From the NCBI GenBank assembly GCA_964016885.1, contig OZ024742.1, positions 179,056,001-179,120,000 on the forward strand: 64,000 nt of DNA. The letters are read 5' to 3'. How positions within the stretch are numbered: the first letter of the stretch is position 1; the number at the start of each line of letters is the position of its first letter. Below the pieces are notes generated by a model. It worked only from the letters and a program-made list of their open reading frames with translations. It did not search any database and was not told the DNA's origin. This document shows positions 35,536 to 52,229 of this stretch, one piece after another. The position numbers and the translations under genes were made by a program. The DNA comes from Eledone cirrhosa (lineage: Eukaryota).

Positions 35536-36193
35536 GTATGTTTTCTGTTTGTGTGCGTGCATGCGTGTGTGTATGTGTGTGCCTGCGTGTGTGTATGTGT
35601 GTGTATATGTGTGTGTGCATGTGTGTGTGTGTGTGTGTGTGCGTGTGTGTGTGCAAGAGTGTATTTGTGTTGTGTATTTTATAAACTGAGCGTTGCATCT
35701 AGATAATAATTTTATCTTCTGCCATTACGAAAGAAAACTCTGGCATATTAAAGAAAATACGGAAGAATACATTGGATAATGTAGTCCAGGATATAAAGTG
35801 ATTGGAATGAAACTTCGATCTTAATATGACCTGAACCATTTGTACTGACCTGACAACAACAACAATAACAACAAACGCAACAACAACAACGATGACGACG
35901 ACGAGTGGAAGCTCTAGTAAGTTTCTGCTAAAATTATGATGGAAACGTAAAGTGTTTGTTCGCTCAGGGGCGACTATGAATGGACAGGATGACTTTACTC
36001 AGATAGGAATACAGGAAAGCAATTAAATTTGTTTGTGTCTAAAATGACGACCGTAGGCGTTAAGCTGGAATTTAAACAACCGAGTTAAAAAGGACAACAA
36101 AAATACGTTAGCTGTAACGTTGAAAGGTGAGGGAATTCAGTGTAAAAAGATTATATATATACAGTATATATATATACATATATATATATATAC

Positions 36194-36242
<49 letters not shown>

Positions 36243-36405
36243 AAACATGGGAAGAAAGAGGAAAACTGCGTGGTTGCACATGGGTTACATATTATAAAAT
36301 TAGTCCCTCATCAGTGATTTGCCAACCATCATTGGTATTTCATCGCATTAAAAATCATATACCTCAGGTTGGTGCGAGCAATAACTAAAATAAGCTATTG
36401 AAGTA

Positions 36406-36516
<111 letters not shown>

Positions 36517-36588
36517 GATATATATGTATATATATATATATGTAGACATACATACACACTCACACACACATTTATATATATAATATAC

Positions 36589-36625
<37 letters not shown>

Positions 36626-36668
36626 CCCCAGCAGACGACTGATGAAGGAAAATTTTCTACCGTTCGTG

Positions 36669-36740
<72 letters not shown>

Positions 36741-36784
36741 GAAGTTTGCTTGTTTGTATGTCAATCGTTAATAACACTAAACAA

Positions 36785-37365
36785 TCATCAGGTCGAGCTT
36801 GCTCGGCTTTCTACGACACGTTTCCTCCATCCATCTCTGTCTCTCACAGCGTTTGCCAGTTCTTCCGCAGTGCATCCAGTATCGTCCTCTAGTTGCTTGA
36901 CGTATGTTTTCTTGGGACGACCAGCGTTTCTTGCTTCATGAGATGGACTCCATAACAACACATCACCTGCTATTTCTTCCTTGCTGCGCCAACCGTGGCC
37001 AGCAAATCTGAGTATCTGTCCACGTATTGACCTGCTGATAGGTGATATATCGCCATAGAGATCCTTATTTGTTGGGTGTTCCCTCCAACACACGTTTAAA
37101 GCAGCGAGGAACATACGTGTGTATGCCTCGTCTAGCTTTTTCTCCAGTTTCGATGTTAGCGTCCAAGTGATAGAGCCATAAACAAGCACAGATTCCACAG
37201 CAGCTCTGAAGAAATTCTTTTTCAGTTTGGCCGGCAGGTTTGATTTCCATATCTCTTCCATTGCATTCAATGCTCCCCAGGGTTTTCCAGGTCTGATGTT
37301 AACATCATGTTCTGTGGAGGCGATATAGTTACCCAGGTATTTGAAGTAGTCAACTTGCTTGATAA
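36785..37365 (-). mobile_element. RTE-clade LINE 3' fragment (end of RT plus C-terminus)
   Basis: FKYLG; [41 protein letters not shown]; RFAGH; GRPKKTY..L; DRDGWR. Confidence 0.85.
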
Positions 37366-37647
37366 TAATTAAAGTTTTTCAAGTGTTTTCAACTAATGTC
37401 GCTTCCATAAAGCTCGCTGTCGACCTATTTTCCGAGAATGGAATGGGAACGGGGTGTAGGGTGGGGGGTGCGATTTAGAGGTTAATTTACTGTTCTTTCT
37501 AGCACCCCGGTTGTGTCCGTCCTCGTTATTTTATCTATATATATAGAGGGAAACACTACATCTCTCACTTAATGCCCCCCCCCTTCTCACTTTCCCACTA
37601 TCCCTCACTACCTCTTTTTCTCTCTATCTGTATATGTCTCTCACGTT

Positions 37648-37705
<58 letters not shown>

Positions 37706-37878
37706 GTTTGAATATGTATAATAAAGCCAAAACAATGCAGGTATGGACATAGAAAAAAGAATGCAATTGCAAAAGATATTGTTGACAATTCGTCTTTTAC
37801 CTTAGATTTATTTTAAACGTCCTTAATTTTCGAGATAATATCTCTTCTTCAGAGGGAAATAAAGGTCTCAAACCAGCG

Positions 37879-37964
<86 letters not shown>

Positions 37965-38128
37965 AAAATTAAGTTAAATTAAGGGTGTCATGTCAGATAG
38001 ACATGCGCCATATCACCCGTAAAATATATATATATATGGAAGCTGATCATCAGATGTTGGTTCTTATATATCTCTTTCTCACTTCCTCTCTATCACTCCC
38101 GCTCCTTCGACAAATGCATTTCCAATTT

Positions 38129-38169
<41 letters not shown>

Positions 38170-38212
38170 TGAAATTGAATAATCAAAACCGTAGCGGTAT
38201 GTCACATATCAA

Positions 38213-38294
<82 letters not shown>

Positions 38295-38461
38295 ATATAT
38301 TGAGAAACACACAGATACATGCGGACACACACATATACATGAATATATCCACATCCATCCTTGAGTTAATGGTGCCAACCTTAACCGATGTTGCTCTATG
38401 AATAACTGGGACAAACCAATCCGAATGGATTAGACTGAACCAGTATCAGAGCTAAAAGTAC

Positions 38462-38856
38462 ATTATGAAGAGAGAAGAAACATTTAGATATAATTAGTAA
38501 TAAGATGTATCATACCTAACTGCTTCTAGATTCCTCGACTACGTAGTTTCGTGGCATAATCAAAAACAATACATCATAGAGATATAGAGCTTTTGTGAGG
38601 TCTGCCGACTTATCAAGAGGATACCTCATTTTACTAGCCTCAAGAACACGTCTATAAGATGTGAGATAGAATCCCAAAAGGCGGAGGGGGAGTCAGTCAC
38701 GTGATACAACGGTCAAGAAACAGAGCTAAGCCCCTTATAACCCTGAAAAAAAATACCACGGAGGCGGAGGGGGTATTTATATCGAGGCCGTAGAAGAAGC
38801 AGTTTAGGTATGATACATCTTATTACTAATTATATCTAAATGTTTCTTCTCTCTTC

Positions 38857-38862
<6 letters not shown>
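38462..38862. repeat. Element with ~65-bp terminal inverted repeats
   Basis: ATTATGAAGAGAGAAGAAACATTTAGATATAATTAGTAATAAGATGTATCATACCTAA and its reverse complement at ~38803-38862. Confidence 0.75.
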
Positions 38863-38921
<59 letters not shown>

Positions 38922-39080
38922 ACGAGTGGTTATACCTTTATTACGTTTATTGGTTTGTGACGCGCGTTTCGCTTCTGATCAGTTCAATGTTCGATTTGTA
39001 TCAACCTGGCCCGCCTCTGGAATCAAATGCTCGTCGGACCTCTGCAGTAGTAATGACATTAACTTCACGTTACACTCCCT

Positions 39081-39141
<61 letters not shown>

Positions 39142-39271
39142 TTTATTGGTTCACCACTGGATAGAAATGGTCAATCTTGATGCAATATTATGGAAAATAC
39201 TCAGTGTAGTGCAGTTCACCCGTCTTCGTTTGTGTAGTTGGTGGTGCGAATACGGAATTAATTATTACAAA

Positions 39272-39596
39272 TAAAATAACAGGAGGCTGGACTGGTGTAA
39301 ATCCTTGAAAAGTTTATTATACTATGATCATTTCAATGACCGGGTTCCGTATGAATCCAGTGATATCATCAGGTGTTCGAAATATAACAAAGGAATATAT
39401 AAAAATCTATGGGTCCGAAAATCAGTCATCCTCTCTGTCTCTGATTTTCGGACCCATAGATTTTTATATATTCCTTTGTTATATTTCGAATACCTGATGA
39501 TATCACCGGATTCATACGGAACCCGGTCATTGAAATGATCATAGTATAATAAACTTTTCAAGGATTTACACCAGTCCAGCCTCCTGTTATTTTATT
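39272..39596. repeat. ~325-bp palindrome with two hammerhead motifs (39319-39376 -, 39490-39547 +)
   Basis: The ORF track shows near-identical peptides on both strands; ATAC-CTGATGA-..ACCGG..CCGGT..-GAAA-TGATCA-TA-GTAT. Confidence 0.85.
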
Positions 39597-39725
39597 CATA
39601 ATTATATATATATATATATATATATATAGATTTTGAGTTTATGTTGGTTGTATACCAACACCACAGTATGCAGGCTGGAGCACTCGACGAAGTGCGCAGG
39701 TTGGTTTGGTTACTCTGGAGTAGTG

Positions 39726-39957
39726 TAAAATAAAGTTAAATAAAAGTCAAATGATTAAAATTTAGCTTCGTTTATTACTGCTATATATATTTCAGTGACA
39801 GCCATCTTTGGCTGTGACCTCTTCAGGCAGTTTGAATTAGTATACCATACTAATTCAAACTGCCTGAAGAGGTCACAGCCAAAGATGGCTGTCACTGAAA
39901 TATATATAGCAGTAATAAACGAAGCTAAATTTTAATCATTTGACTTTTATTTAACTT

Positions 39958-39965
<8 letters not shown>
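39726..39965. repeat. ~240-bp palindrome with two hammerhead ribozymes (39777-39831 -, 39859-39913 +)
   Basis: ACTGC-CTGAAGA-GGTCACAGCCAAAGATGGCTGTCACT-GAAA-TATATA-TA-GCAGT in each arm. Confidence 0.88.
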
Positions 39966-39996
<31 letters not shown>

Positions 39997-40771
39997 TACA
40001 TTATATTATATATTGCATTTATCGCCCCCGAAAAGATGAAAAGCAAAGTTGACCTCAGCGAGAATTGAACTGTGTACAGAGAGCTGGAGCAAATCCTCAA
40101 AGCATTCTAGCCGAAGTTCTAACAGTTCTGCGGGTTCATCGATAACTAATTATAAAACTAAGAAGAGCATTATTCAGCTATCGAGTCGTTCATATTACTA
40201 CTACAAACACATTTAGATATAAATATGTGTGTTTGTGTATTGCCAACGTATAGGTGTGTGCGCGCATGCATGTATTTTTGAGTAGGTTTAAATTTATAGA
40301 CACATATATAAATATATCTTATAATATAGTTATTATTTACTAAACCGTACAATAACATTAACTGCATAAAACATACAACTATATCAACAAGGGAGCAATT
40401 AAGTATAGATGAGAGAGGTGAGCGATTAGCCATACGTAAGTCTTATATACGGCTCAAGGACCACAAAGAAAAGATTGAGATTTTAAATATAGATTAAGAA
40501 ATGAATCATGAAAGTATAATTTATAAGTACATTCTTAACAACATAAAGTTAATTAAATAAAACATAAAAATATCACAAATGGAACAACAATACCTACCAC
40601 AGTAATTAGAGAAATATTCTTTATTGTAGGTTAACATGTTAGAAATTGAATGGAATGGATCTCCGTCAGTTTCGACGATAACTGTTCCATTTGTTCGGTC
40701 AAGGAAAAAACTTGCACAACAAATTAATTTGCAAGTGCCCGAGCATTGTACAGACACATATTCTCTTAATA

Positions 40772-40962
40772 TAATTGTTTCTACTTTTTGGCACAAGGCC
40801 AGCAATTACCCAGTACATTACTGGTACTTTATTTTATCGACCCCGTAAGGATGAAAAGCAAAGTTAACCTCGGCGGGATTTGAACTCAGAATGGCAAGGG
40901 CCGTAACTCTATGCGTCAAAGCATGGCGTCCGACCCTCTAACGATACTGCCAATTCACCGCC
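40772..40962 (-). mobile_element. Full-length tRNA-derived SINE with probable TSD
   Basis: Same family; TCTCTTAATATAAT present on both sides (~40762-40775 and ~40964-40977). Confidence 0.88.
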
Positions 40963-41641
40963 CTCTCTTAATATAATGCCCGCGGAGAGTCATCATAGTA
41001 GTGTGGAATAAGGCTGGCCCTTTGAATTACAAACAGTTTCTGTAAAACCAATTTCCCCTCACCTGAGTTGTTATGGTAAGAAACATTTGCCTGAGATACC
41101 GCTATGGAATCGAACCTCGGAGCTTACAATTTCGAAGCAAACTTCTTAACCATTCGGTCATACTTCGTTTATAACCTGTTAGAAATAGCAGACATATCTT
41201 TCACAAATTTCGCCTGTCTTAAATAGCAAAAGGATCCGATTAAATAATTTAGCCCTGTCTGCTTCTAAAGAGACATCCAATCTATTTCTAGGGTTTATCA
41301 TTGCTAGATTGTCTTTCACCATAAGTTCACTCAAGCTCAATCAAGACTGACCTACAGCTGAACAACGACAATAACAACTATACTATATATTAAATAATGT
41401 AGTAGCGCATGTGGTAGTATAAATATAATTTTTCATTTTCAGAATGTCTTAATGTTCATTTTCTAAAATGGATTTTAAAAGAAAACTATCAATACTATCT
41501 AATCTATTATATTAAACACAATCATGATATATGCAATATACACTGTGTCAACTGAGAATTATTTCCAGTTGCGTGATTAGACGATCTCTCCGAAACTCAC
41601 AGCAACAAATTAGAGTAATGTAAGGTAATATAATATGATAT

Positions 41642-41728
<87 letters not shown>

Positions 41729-41835
41729 ACACACACACGCACACGCACACACACACACACATACATATATATAAGTTTATATCTCTATATACTCAGTATA
41801 GAAGTAACAGAGACTACGTGAGTTTACGTGTTCTC

Positions 41836-41987
41836 ATCAGATAAAATAAAGTAACATGATATGAGGCCTAAAAACACTTGTCACTTGTCAACAGGAAAAT
41901 GCAAGGTCTACATATATATGTAGACCTTGCACTTTCCTGTTGACAAGTGTTTTTAGGCCTCATATCATGTTACTTTATTTTATCTGA
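41836..41987. repeat. ~150-bp palindrome centred on CATATATATG
   Basis: TCAGATAAAATAAAGTAACATG...GCAAGGTCTAC / GTAGACCTTGC...CATGTTACTTTATTTTATCTGA; left arm has a small internal duplication (CACTTGT twice). Confidence 0.85.
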
Positions 41988-42163
41988 GAACACAATTTTT
42001 GTCCCAGGATGATGTTGTTTTCGAAATGCGCATAATAAAATATATGGAACTTCTTTAACCATCTTTTAATTTCTTCTTTAATATATGCTCCAGTTCTACC
42101 AACTGTTGAGTGCTACTTATCTGATATAGGCATAGTTTTATTGTTCTACAATATTACTCACCT

Positions 42164-44159
<1,996 letters not shown>

Positions 44160-44262
44160 CATTATTGGAATATCTAAGTTGCTGTTACACTGCGAAACTG
44201 CAGTCGGGACATCGAAGTAAATTCATAAAATTATATTTTATCTTGCTTACTTTTACCACTTA

Positions 44263-44350
<88 letters not shown>

Positions 44351-45004
44351 CATTTTTACTCTTTTATCTGTTCCAGCCATCCGGTTGAGGCCATACTGGG
44401 GCACCGCCCTTGTTGCTACACATTCTATCTCCAACCTGTGTTTGCTGGCCATTGGTGTAAGAGGGAGTTTGTTGCTGCTACCCTTAGGTTACCCGTACCG
44501 TGCTGTGGACTCATCTTGTATCCTGGACAGCAGGTTGTAAAGATGAAAACATCCACGTCCACACCACGCAGATCTCTCAAATTTCTTAGCAGCTTGTTGA
44601 AGAGTTGAGGGTCTTTGAACACCAGGCTATTGCAATATCTGCACCTTATTCTAGATGTGTACCTTTGGCACTACACAGTGACGTCCTGTTCGGGTGTTGG
44701 TCCAACTCGCAATGCCAAAGTTTATTAATATGTATATGTGTGTGTGTATGTGGGTGTTTTGTTTATGAGCATAAGGCCCCCTTATATAGAGTAAAGTAGA
44801 GAATACTTAAGAAAGTAGGGTATACTAAATTATTTATTCATTATTTGTTCTACAGAATTAATCCCGTTTCGATTGACTTAACATCTGGTTAGGGTGATCA
44901 GATTCCTAGTGAATCGAAACGGGATTAATTCTGTATGTAATGAATACAAAATACATCCATATTCGTATATATGTATATATATATATATATATATAAATAA
45001 ATAT

Positions 45005-45046
<42 letters not shown>

Positions 45047-45569
45047 GGGGAGGGGGTGCGTAAGTCTGTGAGTGTGTATGTGTGTTCGTGTGTATGTATG
45101 CGTGCATGTGTGTCTGTGTGTAGGCAAAGCCATGAATATGGAAATATATGTACAAAAGTTTTCACACATTCACGCACTACTACCTTATAACTAACACACT
45201 CTGATGCACATGCTCGCACACATAATCTAGTCCTTAATAAATAATTAAAGGAATAAATAGATAAATAATAGTTTCCAAGTTAATTTCCTTTCATGTTTGC
45301 CGACGAGCCATTTTTTTTAAAAATTATTTTTTAATATTTTTTCTTTATAGATTTTACCTTCGTCTTTCACATTCGTCATCCCGCCCACCCCCACATTATA
45401 CAGATTCCTTATCTCTTCCCACATTTACACACATATACATATACATACGGGCTAATATACATACATATAAAAGGATCGATCGACTTTCGTCAAATCGGAC
45501 CGAGGAAACAATGTTTCCGTTGGTCTTTCCAGTTGCTAGTACTATCTATCGGTCGCAACTCCAGGTAGA

Positions 45570-45692
45570 AGGAGCAACGTGAAATAAAGTGTCTTGCCCA
45601 AGGACATAACGCATCGCCCGGTCCAGGAATCGAACTCACAACCTTAACATTGTGAATCCAATTCTCTAACCACCCAGCTACACGCCTTCACA
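45570..45692 (-). mobile_element. tRNA-derived SINE, second family
   Basis: Reverse strand reads GGCGTGTAGCTGGGTGGTTAGAG..GAGTTCGATTCC..GTCCTTGGGCAAGACACTTTATTTCACGTTGCTCC, matching 2098-2218. Confidence 0.75.
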
Positions 45693-46211
45693 TATGTATA
45701 TGTATATATTTATGTATTTATGTACTCATGTATGTATGTATGTATCTATGTATGTATGTACTCATGTAAAGGCACTGCACAAAGCCAGTCCCACTCTCTT
45801 AACCAAGATGATATTTACCAAAAAGAATAACAAGTCAACATCATTGGATACCATCAGGGTTGCAGGTGTTATATCAGAGTTTTCCATCTAGAATTCTGCC
45901 TTGACAAAGGCTAAGGGGTCATCTCCCCCGGTGATTTTGGATGGCCATTCACAGGCATTGCTTTGTATCTGGAGATCTCTCTGCACTTGTCGTTACATGG
46001 TACCATGGGCCCAGCACTATGTGTCAATAATTGTCACAAGTGTAGTGTTTGTACCAGAGTTTTGAAGTCGCTGGCTGGACTAAAAAGTCTCACTCGTTCA
46101 GCGCATCGGTGGGGTTCTCCTACATGGATATAAAGTAGTGGCCGTACTCGAAAACGAGTTGGCAGCCACCATGTACTCATGTATGTATGTATATGTATGT
46201 ATGTATGTATG

Positions 46212-46264
<53 letters not shown>

Positions 46265-46360
46265 TGTGTGTGAGAGGTATCTATATGTGTGTGTTGGTGT
46301 GTGTATGTGTATATACATGAACATATATACAAGTAATATATGTGTGTTTGTGTGTGCGTA

Positions 46361-46464
<104 letters not shown>

Positions 46465-46528
46465 AGGTAATATAGTAATTGATTCTTCCTTTTATGTTAA
46501 TTTCTCTCCTCCTCTCACTCATGCCAAT

Positions 46529-46712
46529 TATTGGCGGTATCGGTAGAGAGTCGGACGCCATGCTTTGCAGCAAAGAGTTACGGCCCTTTATGATCTGAGT
46601 TCAAATTCCCGCCGAGGTTAACTTGGCCTTTCATCCTTATGGGGTCGATAAAATAAAGTACCAGCAATACCCTGGATAATTGCTGGCCTTGTGCCAAAAG
46701 TAGAAACAATTA
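46529..46712 (+). mobile_element. tRNA-derived SINE
   Basis: Same family as 13625-13813. Confidence 0.85.
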
Positions 46713-47219
46713 TATTTAACGCAGACACTTTTTCTTCCTTTCTTTCTTTGTTCCTTTCTTTCTTTCTCCCTCTCTGTATATATATATATATATATATATA
46801 TGTATCTATGTATACATAAATGTGTGTGTATGTATTTATGTCTACTAATATCTCTATTGCTATCAAAGGAGAGTTCATGTTAATTGTTATCAGCCACATC
46901 TACGATATAAAACCTATTATCTCCTATTTGTTTAAAACATTTAATATTATTCCCTTTTTTTTCTATATACATTTGTTTCCTTACTTAAAAGTAAATTTGT
47001 TTTGTTTAGTCCTTCTGTTCGACGATTATTAATAATGCACCCTTTTTAACACCTCATTGCTTAGCTATCAGCCCTACTAAAACTCTAGCGTGTTAGCTTC
47101 ATTTTTGTTCTAGTTTGTCTAGAATGGGAAATTTCGATGGTCTTTAATACCGAGCGATATTTTTTCTGGCTCTCTGCGCTCTTCATGTGCTGCTAGGGTC
47201 AACTTTACCATGTATGTAT

Positions 47220-47722
47220 GTCAGGTTGCTCTCGAGTGCTACTGGTAATATGTAACCCAGTACAACCTGCCTCATGGTCGGGTCGTCGGCGACTAAACCG
47301 GCAACACCACTAAGTTACTTGGTGAGGAGTGTGATATTTGGACAAAAGACCGGGAAAAGGGTGGAGGAACTCAACAGGGTCAACGGCCATCCAAATAGCA
47401 CTTTTTTTTCCACCTGGGAGTGAAATGTCCCCAGTTGTTGTCACAACATCTTTCTAGGAGAGGGAAACTCTGAAAAAAACCTGCGGCTTCGTAAGCATCC
47501 GATGATGTTAACCAGTTCTCCTTTTCAGGTAGTGTTTTCGATGCTCAGAGAGTGGGATTGGTCGAGTGCAAGGCTTTTCCCCACTTAAAAAAACCTTCAA
47601 AGCACAGACATGTTTGTTCAGGATCTGTTACAGGTTCGTGTGGCTGGCCGTAGCCTAAAGGTGCACTATTTTCTGTAATCTGACAAGGGATTGCTATACT
47701 CTTAGCAGAGTTTGCAGCCACC
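47220..47722 (+). mobile_element. Non-autonomous RTE-related element with (ATGT)n tail
   Basis: Ends GCAGCCACCAT followed by (ATGT)n; similar tails at 46138-46175, 18058-18105 and 53795-53845 (-); ATGT units at the 5' flank. Confidence 0.5.
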
Positions 47723-47755
<33 letters not shown>

Positions 47756-47807
47756 TGTATGTATGTATGTATGTATGTATGTATGTATGTATGTATGTAT
47801 GTATGTA

Positions 47808-48246
47808 TGACCAGACTAGAGGGAAAGGGCCACACCATACACCAAAGAGGCGGTTTAAGGATATCGTAAAAGACAATCTCAAAGCTCTGAAGTTTGATAT
47901 GGAAACCTGGGAAAGACTGGCTGAAGACCGTACATCACGGAGAAAGATCATCAAATACGGATGTGATGTCTTTGAGAAAAAGCGAGTGGAGCATGCTGTT
48001 TTGAAGCGTTCACTTCGTAAGCGAGACTCAAGTGCAGTGTCTTCAAAAATCCAGCAGGAATTGAGGTGTAATGCATGTGGTCGATTTCTTCTAATAAGTG
48101 CTGGTTTTGTTAACCATCTGAAATGGAGGAATCGATCCAACTGTGAGATGGTTCTACCGCCACACACTCCATGGTACATTTGCAGTGAGTCTGGCTTAAT
48201 TGTCAAGTCAGTGGGTGGACTGACCATACATGGTAAAATGCATTAA
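47808..48246 (+). mobile_element. RTE-clade LINE 3' fragment with C2H2-like fingers
   Basis: PKRRFKDIVKDNLK..WERLAEDR..; CNACGR..AGFVNH; begins directly after (ATGT)n. Confidence 0.8.
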
Positions 48247-48770
48247 GAGACACCCCAGCCTGTTTTGCCAACATAAAAACAGCTGACCAACAGAAAACAC
48301 ATACACACACACCCATTAGTACAGTACTGCACCCTTTCATCTCCCATCAAGCATGGCCCTTAACCACCTCCACACACACAGCCAGCATCTTCGCCTCACT
48401 ACATACACGCCATAATGTCTATGAAAACAAACAAATCACCACACCCCCGCAAATCACACCAAGCATCGTTCCCTACCACCACCACCTCTTCATTATGATC
48501 CTTCCCCCACCTATCACACATACCAAAACATTCTTTATAGCAAAAGCACCAATCAAAACAACAGTAAGTGACCACCATAATTGAATGTGAATCGTTATAG
48601 ACCTTTCTAAGCCCTACAGGTTCATTCTGTCATTACCACAGCAGAGGTCAGAAGAGCTTTTGATTCCAGAGTCGGGCTAGATCGATACAGATCTAACATT
48701 GAGCTGATCAATAGGGAAACGTGCGTCAACACCCAATAAACGTAATGAAGACATAACAAATCGTCCTTTT

Positions 48771-48822
<52 letters not shown>

Positions 48823-48826
<4 letters not shown>

Positions 48827-49692
48827 AGTATGTATGTATACGTACATACATATATGTATACAGACGTACAGTAGTATGTATATATATACATACATGCACA
48901 CATATATATATGCACGTATCGGTTTACCGAACATTTATTATAATGCTCGGTTTGTTTGTAAACAAACAAACAGCCCGAATTATGCCGTACAGTGTCTAGC
49001 AACCATCGTTGCTCATTTGTTCAACACTGACAAAGGAACGATGTACTAGTTTCAAGCTTATTAGCTATCGTCAGCATCGTATACCTTCCTGCCAGATCGT
49101 TGAACGTCTGAAAGTATATACTTTCTTTATGCATATTAACGGCTGAGCAGCCTAATTTGCATCTCGAGTGAGTTTAGTCGGCCGGGCGCACCGAAAGCGA
49201 TAAATGGAATAGAATGAAACAAAATTTCATTTCTCACTCTTAGTACGGCAGTTACTTAAATGTAAGTATGTATGCATGTATACGTACATACATATATGTA
49301 TACAGACGTACAGTAGTATGTACATATATATACATACATGCACACATATATATATGCACGTATCGGTTTACCGAACATTTATTATAATGCTCGGTTTGTT
49401 TGTAAATGAAAGAGTGAGAAATGAAATTTCGTTTCATTCTATTCCATTTATCGTTTTCTGTGCGCCCGGCCGACTAAACTCACTCGAGATGCAAATTAGG
49501 CTGCTCAGCCGTTAATATGCATAAGGAAAATATATATTTTCAGACATTCAACCATCTGGCAGGAAGGTATACGATGCTGACGATAGCTAATAGCTTGAAA
49601 CTAGTACATCGTTCCTGTGTCAGTGTTGAACAAAAAGGTGACGTGGTTGCCTAAACACTGTACGGCGTAATTCGGGCTGTTTGTTTGTAAAC
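48823..49692. mobile_element. Penelope-like pseudo-LTR complex (X-Y-X-inverted Y) with hammerheads at 49034-49090 (-) and 49561-49616 (+)
   Basis: Direct repeat 48823-48961 / 49262-49405; inverted repeat ~48955-49240 / 49410-49692; ACGATG-CTGACGA-TAGCTAATA(A)GCTT-GAAA-CTAG-TA-CATCGT. Confidence 0.82.
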
Positions 49693-49712
49693 AAATATAT
49701 ATATATATGTGC

Positions 49713-49795
<83 letters not shown>

Positions 49796-50335
49796 TATCA
49801 TAGTGTTAATCCTTTCATGGTCGCATTTCTTTTTTGAATTAATTAATGAAGAATTTCGAGGGATTTACTAAAATTATTAATTATTTCATTACTAAGATAT
49901 TAACTTATTGTAAGGTTGTTATATAAAATTATCTTGGATAATTTAAATTGGAAACATTTAAAATGGGTTGTTTTATTTCATAAAACCATAGCCGGTCTTG
50001 GCTGGATCGGAAATTAATGGGTTAAGCACACGACTTCTGTTGGTACTAATTTTCAGTTGAGTGTACTGGAGCAACGTGAAATGAAGTGTTTTGCTCAAGA
50101 ACACAAGGCACATATTTTAGTGTTTATATATTTTAAGCTGAGTTTTCTGTACGAACGTAACTTTTGAAGGTGATTCACGCCAAAAATATTTTCTTTTTGA
50201 CAGACTAATGTTGATCTTAATGGCTTCTTTTACGTTAATGACAATTAATACACTGGACTACAGAGATAGAAGTGGAAGAGAAAGTGGCGGGGGGATAGGG
50301 AGACTCAGTCTGTGTGTATGTGTGTGTGTATATGT

Positions 50336-52170
50336 TCTTTCTTCTTCTTCTTCTTCTTCTTCTTCTTCTTCTTCTTCTTCTTCTTCTTCTTCTTCTTCTT
50401 CTTCTTCTTCTTCTTCTTCTTCTTCTTCTTCTTCGTCTTCTTCTTCTTCTTCATTCACACTACCACCGCCGCCATCATTCACTATAGAAACACTAGCACC
50501 ATTACCAACCATCATTTTTATCATCATCTCTATCATCACTACTACAACCGTTGCCATCGGCAACACCAACACCATTATTAACAACACCAGCACCACCAGC
50601 AACACCAACGCCAACACCACATCCACTATCACCAACACCAACGCCATCATCACCACCACCAACACGACCACCACAACCCCCATCACCACCAACACCACTA
50701 ACACCATCACAACCCCCCCCCCCCCCCCCACCACCACGCCAAACACCTGGAACACCATCAACATCAACATCACCATTACCACCAGCACCCCCCCCCCAAC
50801 GACAACAGCAACACTACTACCATACATCAAACACCTTAACCACCGCCACCACCCCGAACTACACAAACACCCTCCCCCCAACACCACCACCACCACCACC
50901 ACCACCACCACCACCACCACCACCACCACCACCACCACCAGTACCATCAGGACGTCAAACACCACAACCACCTCACTCCGGATACCACCAACATCAACAT
51001 CATCACCACGACCGCCATTATCATCACCACCACCCAACAACAACAACACTACCTCCACAACCACCACCATCCCGAACACTAACAACACCATCACCAACAA
51101 ACCCCATCACCATCACCAACAACACCACCAACACCACCAACACCATCACCAACATCACCAACAACACCACCAACACCACCAACACTATCACCAACATCAC
51201 CATCACCAACAACACCACCATCACCAACAACACCACCACCAACACCACCAACACCATCGCCAACATCACCATCACCAACAACACCACCATCACCAACACC
51301 ACCACCACCAACAACACCATCAGCAACAAACACCACCAACACCACCAACACCATCATTAACACCACCAACACCATCACCACCAACACCACCACTACCAAC
51401 AACACCATCACCAACATCACCACCAACACCATCACCACCAACACCACCACCACCAACAACACCATCACCAACATCACCACCAACACCATCACCACCAACA
51501 GCATCACCACCAACACTATCAACATTACCACCATCACCACCAACACCATCATCAACACCAACAACACCACCAACACCACCAACACCATCACCAACATCAC
51601 CATCACCAACAACACCATCATCACCAACACCACCACCACCAACAACACCATCACCAACAAACACCACCAACACCACCAACACCATCATTAACACCACCAA
51701 CAGCATCACCACCAATACCAACACCACTAACATCATCACCAACATCACCACCAACACCATCACCACCAAAACCACCACCACCAACAACACCATCACCAAC
51801 ATCACCACCAACACCATCACCACCAACAGCATCACCACCAACACTATCAACATTACCACCATCACCACCAACACCATCATCAACACCAACAACACCACCA
51901 ACACCATCACCAACATCACCATCACCAACAACACCATCATCACCAACACCACCACCACCAACAACACCATCACCAACAAACACCACCAACACCACCAACA
52001 CCATCATTAACACCACCAACAGCATCACCACCAATACCAACACCACTAACATCATCACCACCAACACCAACACTACCATCACCATCACCACCAACGCCAA
52101 CATCACCAACATCATCACCAATAACACCATCACCAACAAACACCATCACCATCACCAACAACACCATCAT
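50336..52170. repeat. (TTC)n followed by ~1.7 kb of CAC/CAA/CAT compound repeat with higher-order units
   Basis: Marker AACAAACACCACCAACACCACCAACACCATCATTAACACC recurs at ~51325, ~51655 and ~51975. Confidence 0.92.
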
Positions 52171-52229
52171 TATCACATAAATCTCAGATCAAATATATTT
52201 TATACGTTTATCTTCACTTTACGACATTT

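Noticed and set aside
47235-47305. Possible HDV-like ribozyme at the 5' end of an RTE-related element
   Set aside because: Only local hairpins are visible; I could not build consistent P1/P2 pairings by eye
50208-52010. 600-aa Thr/Pro/His-rich ORF resembling a mucin or extensin
   Set aside because: Pure trinucleotide compound repeat, open in several frames on both strands, with no domain or splice evidence
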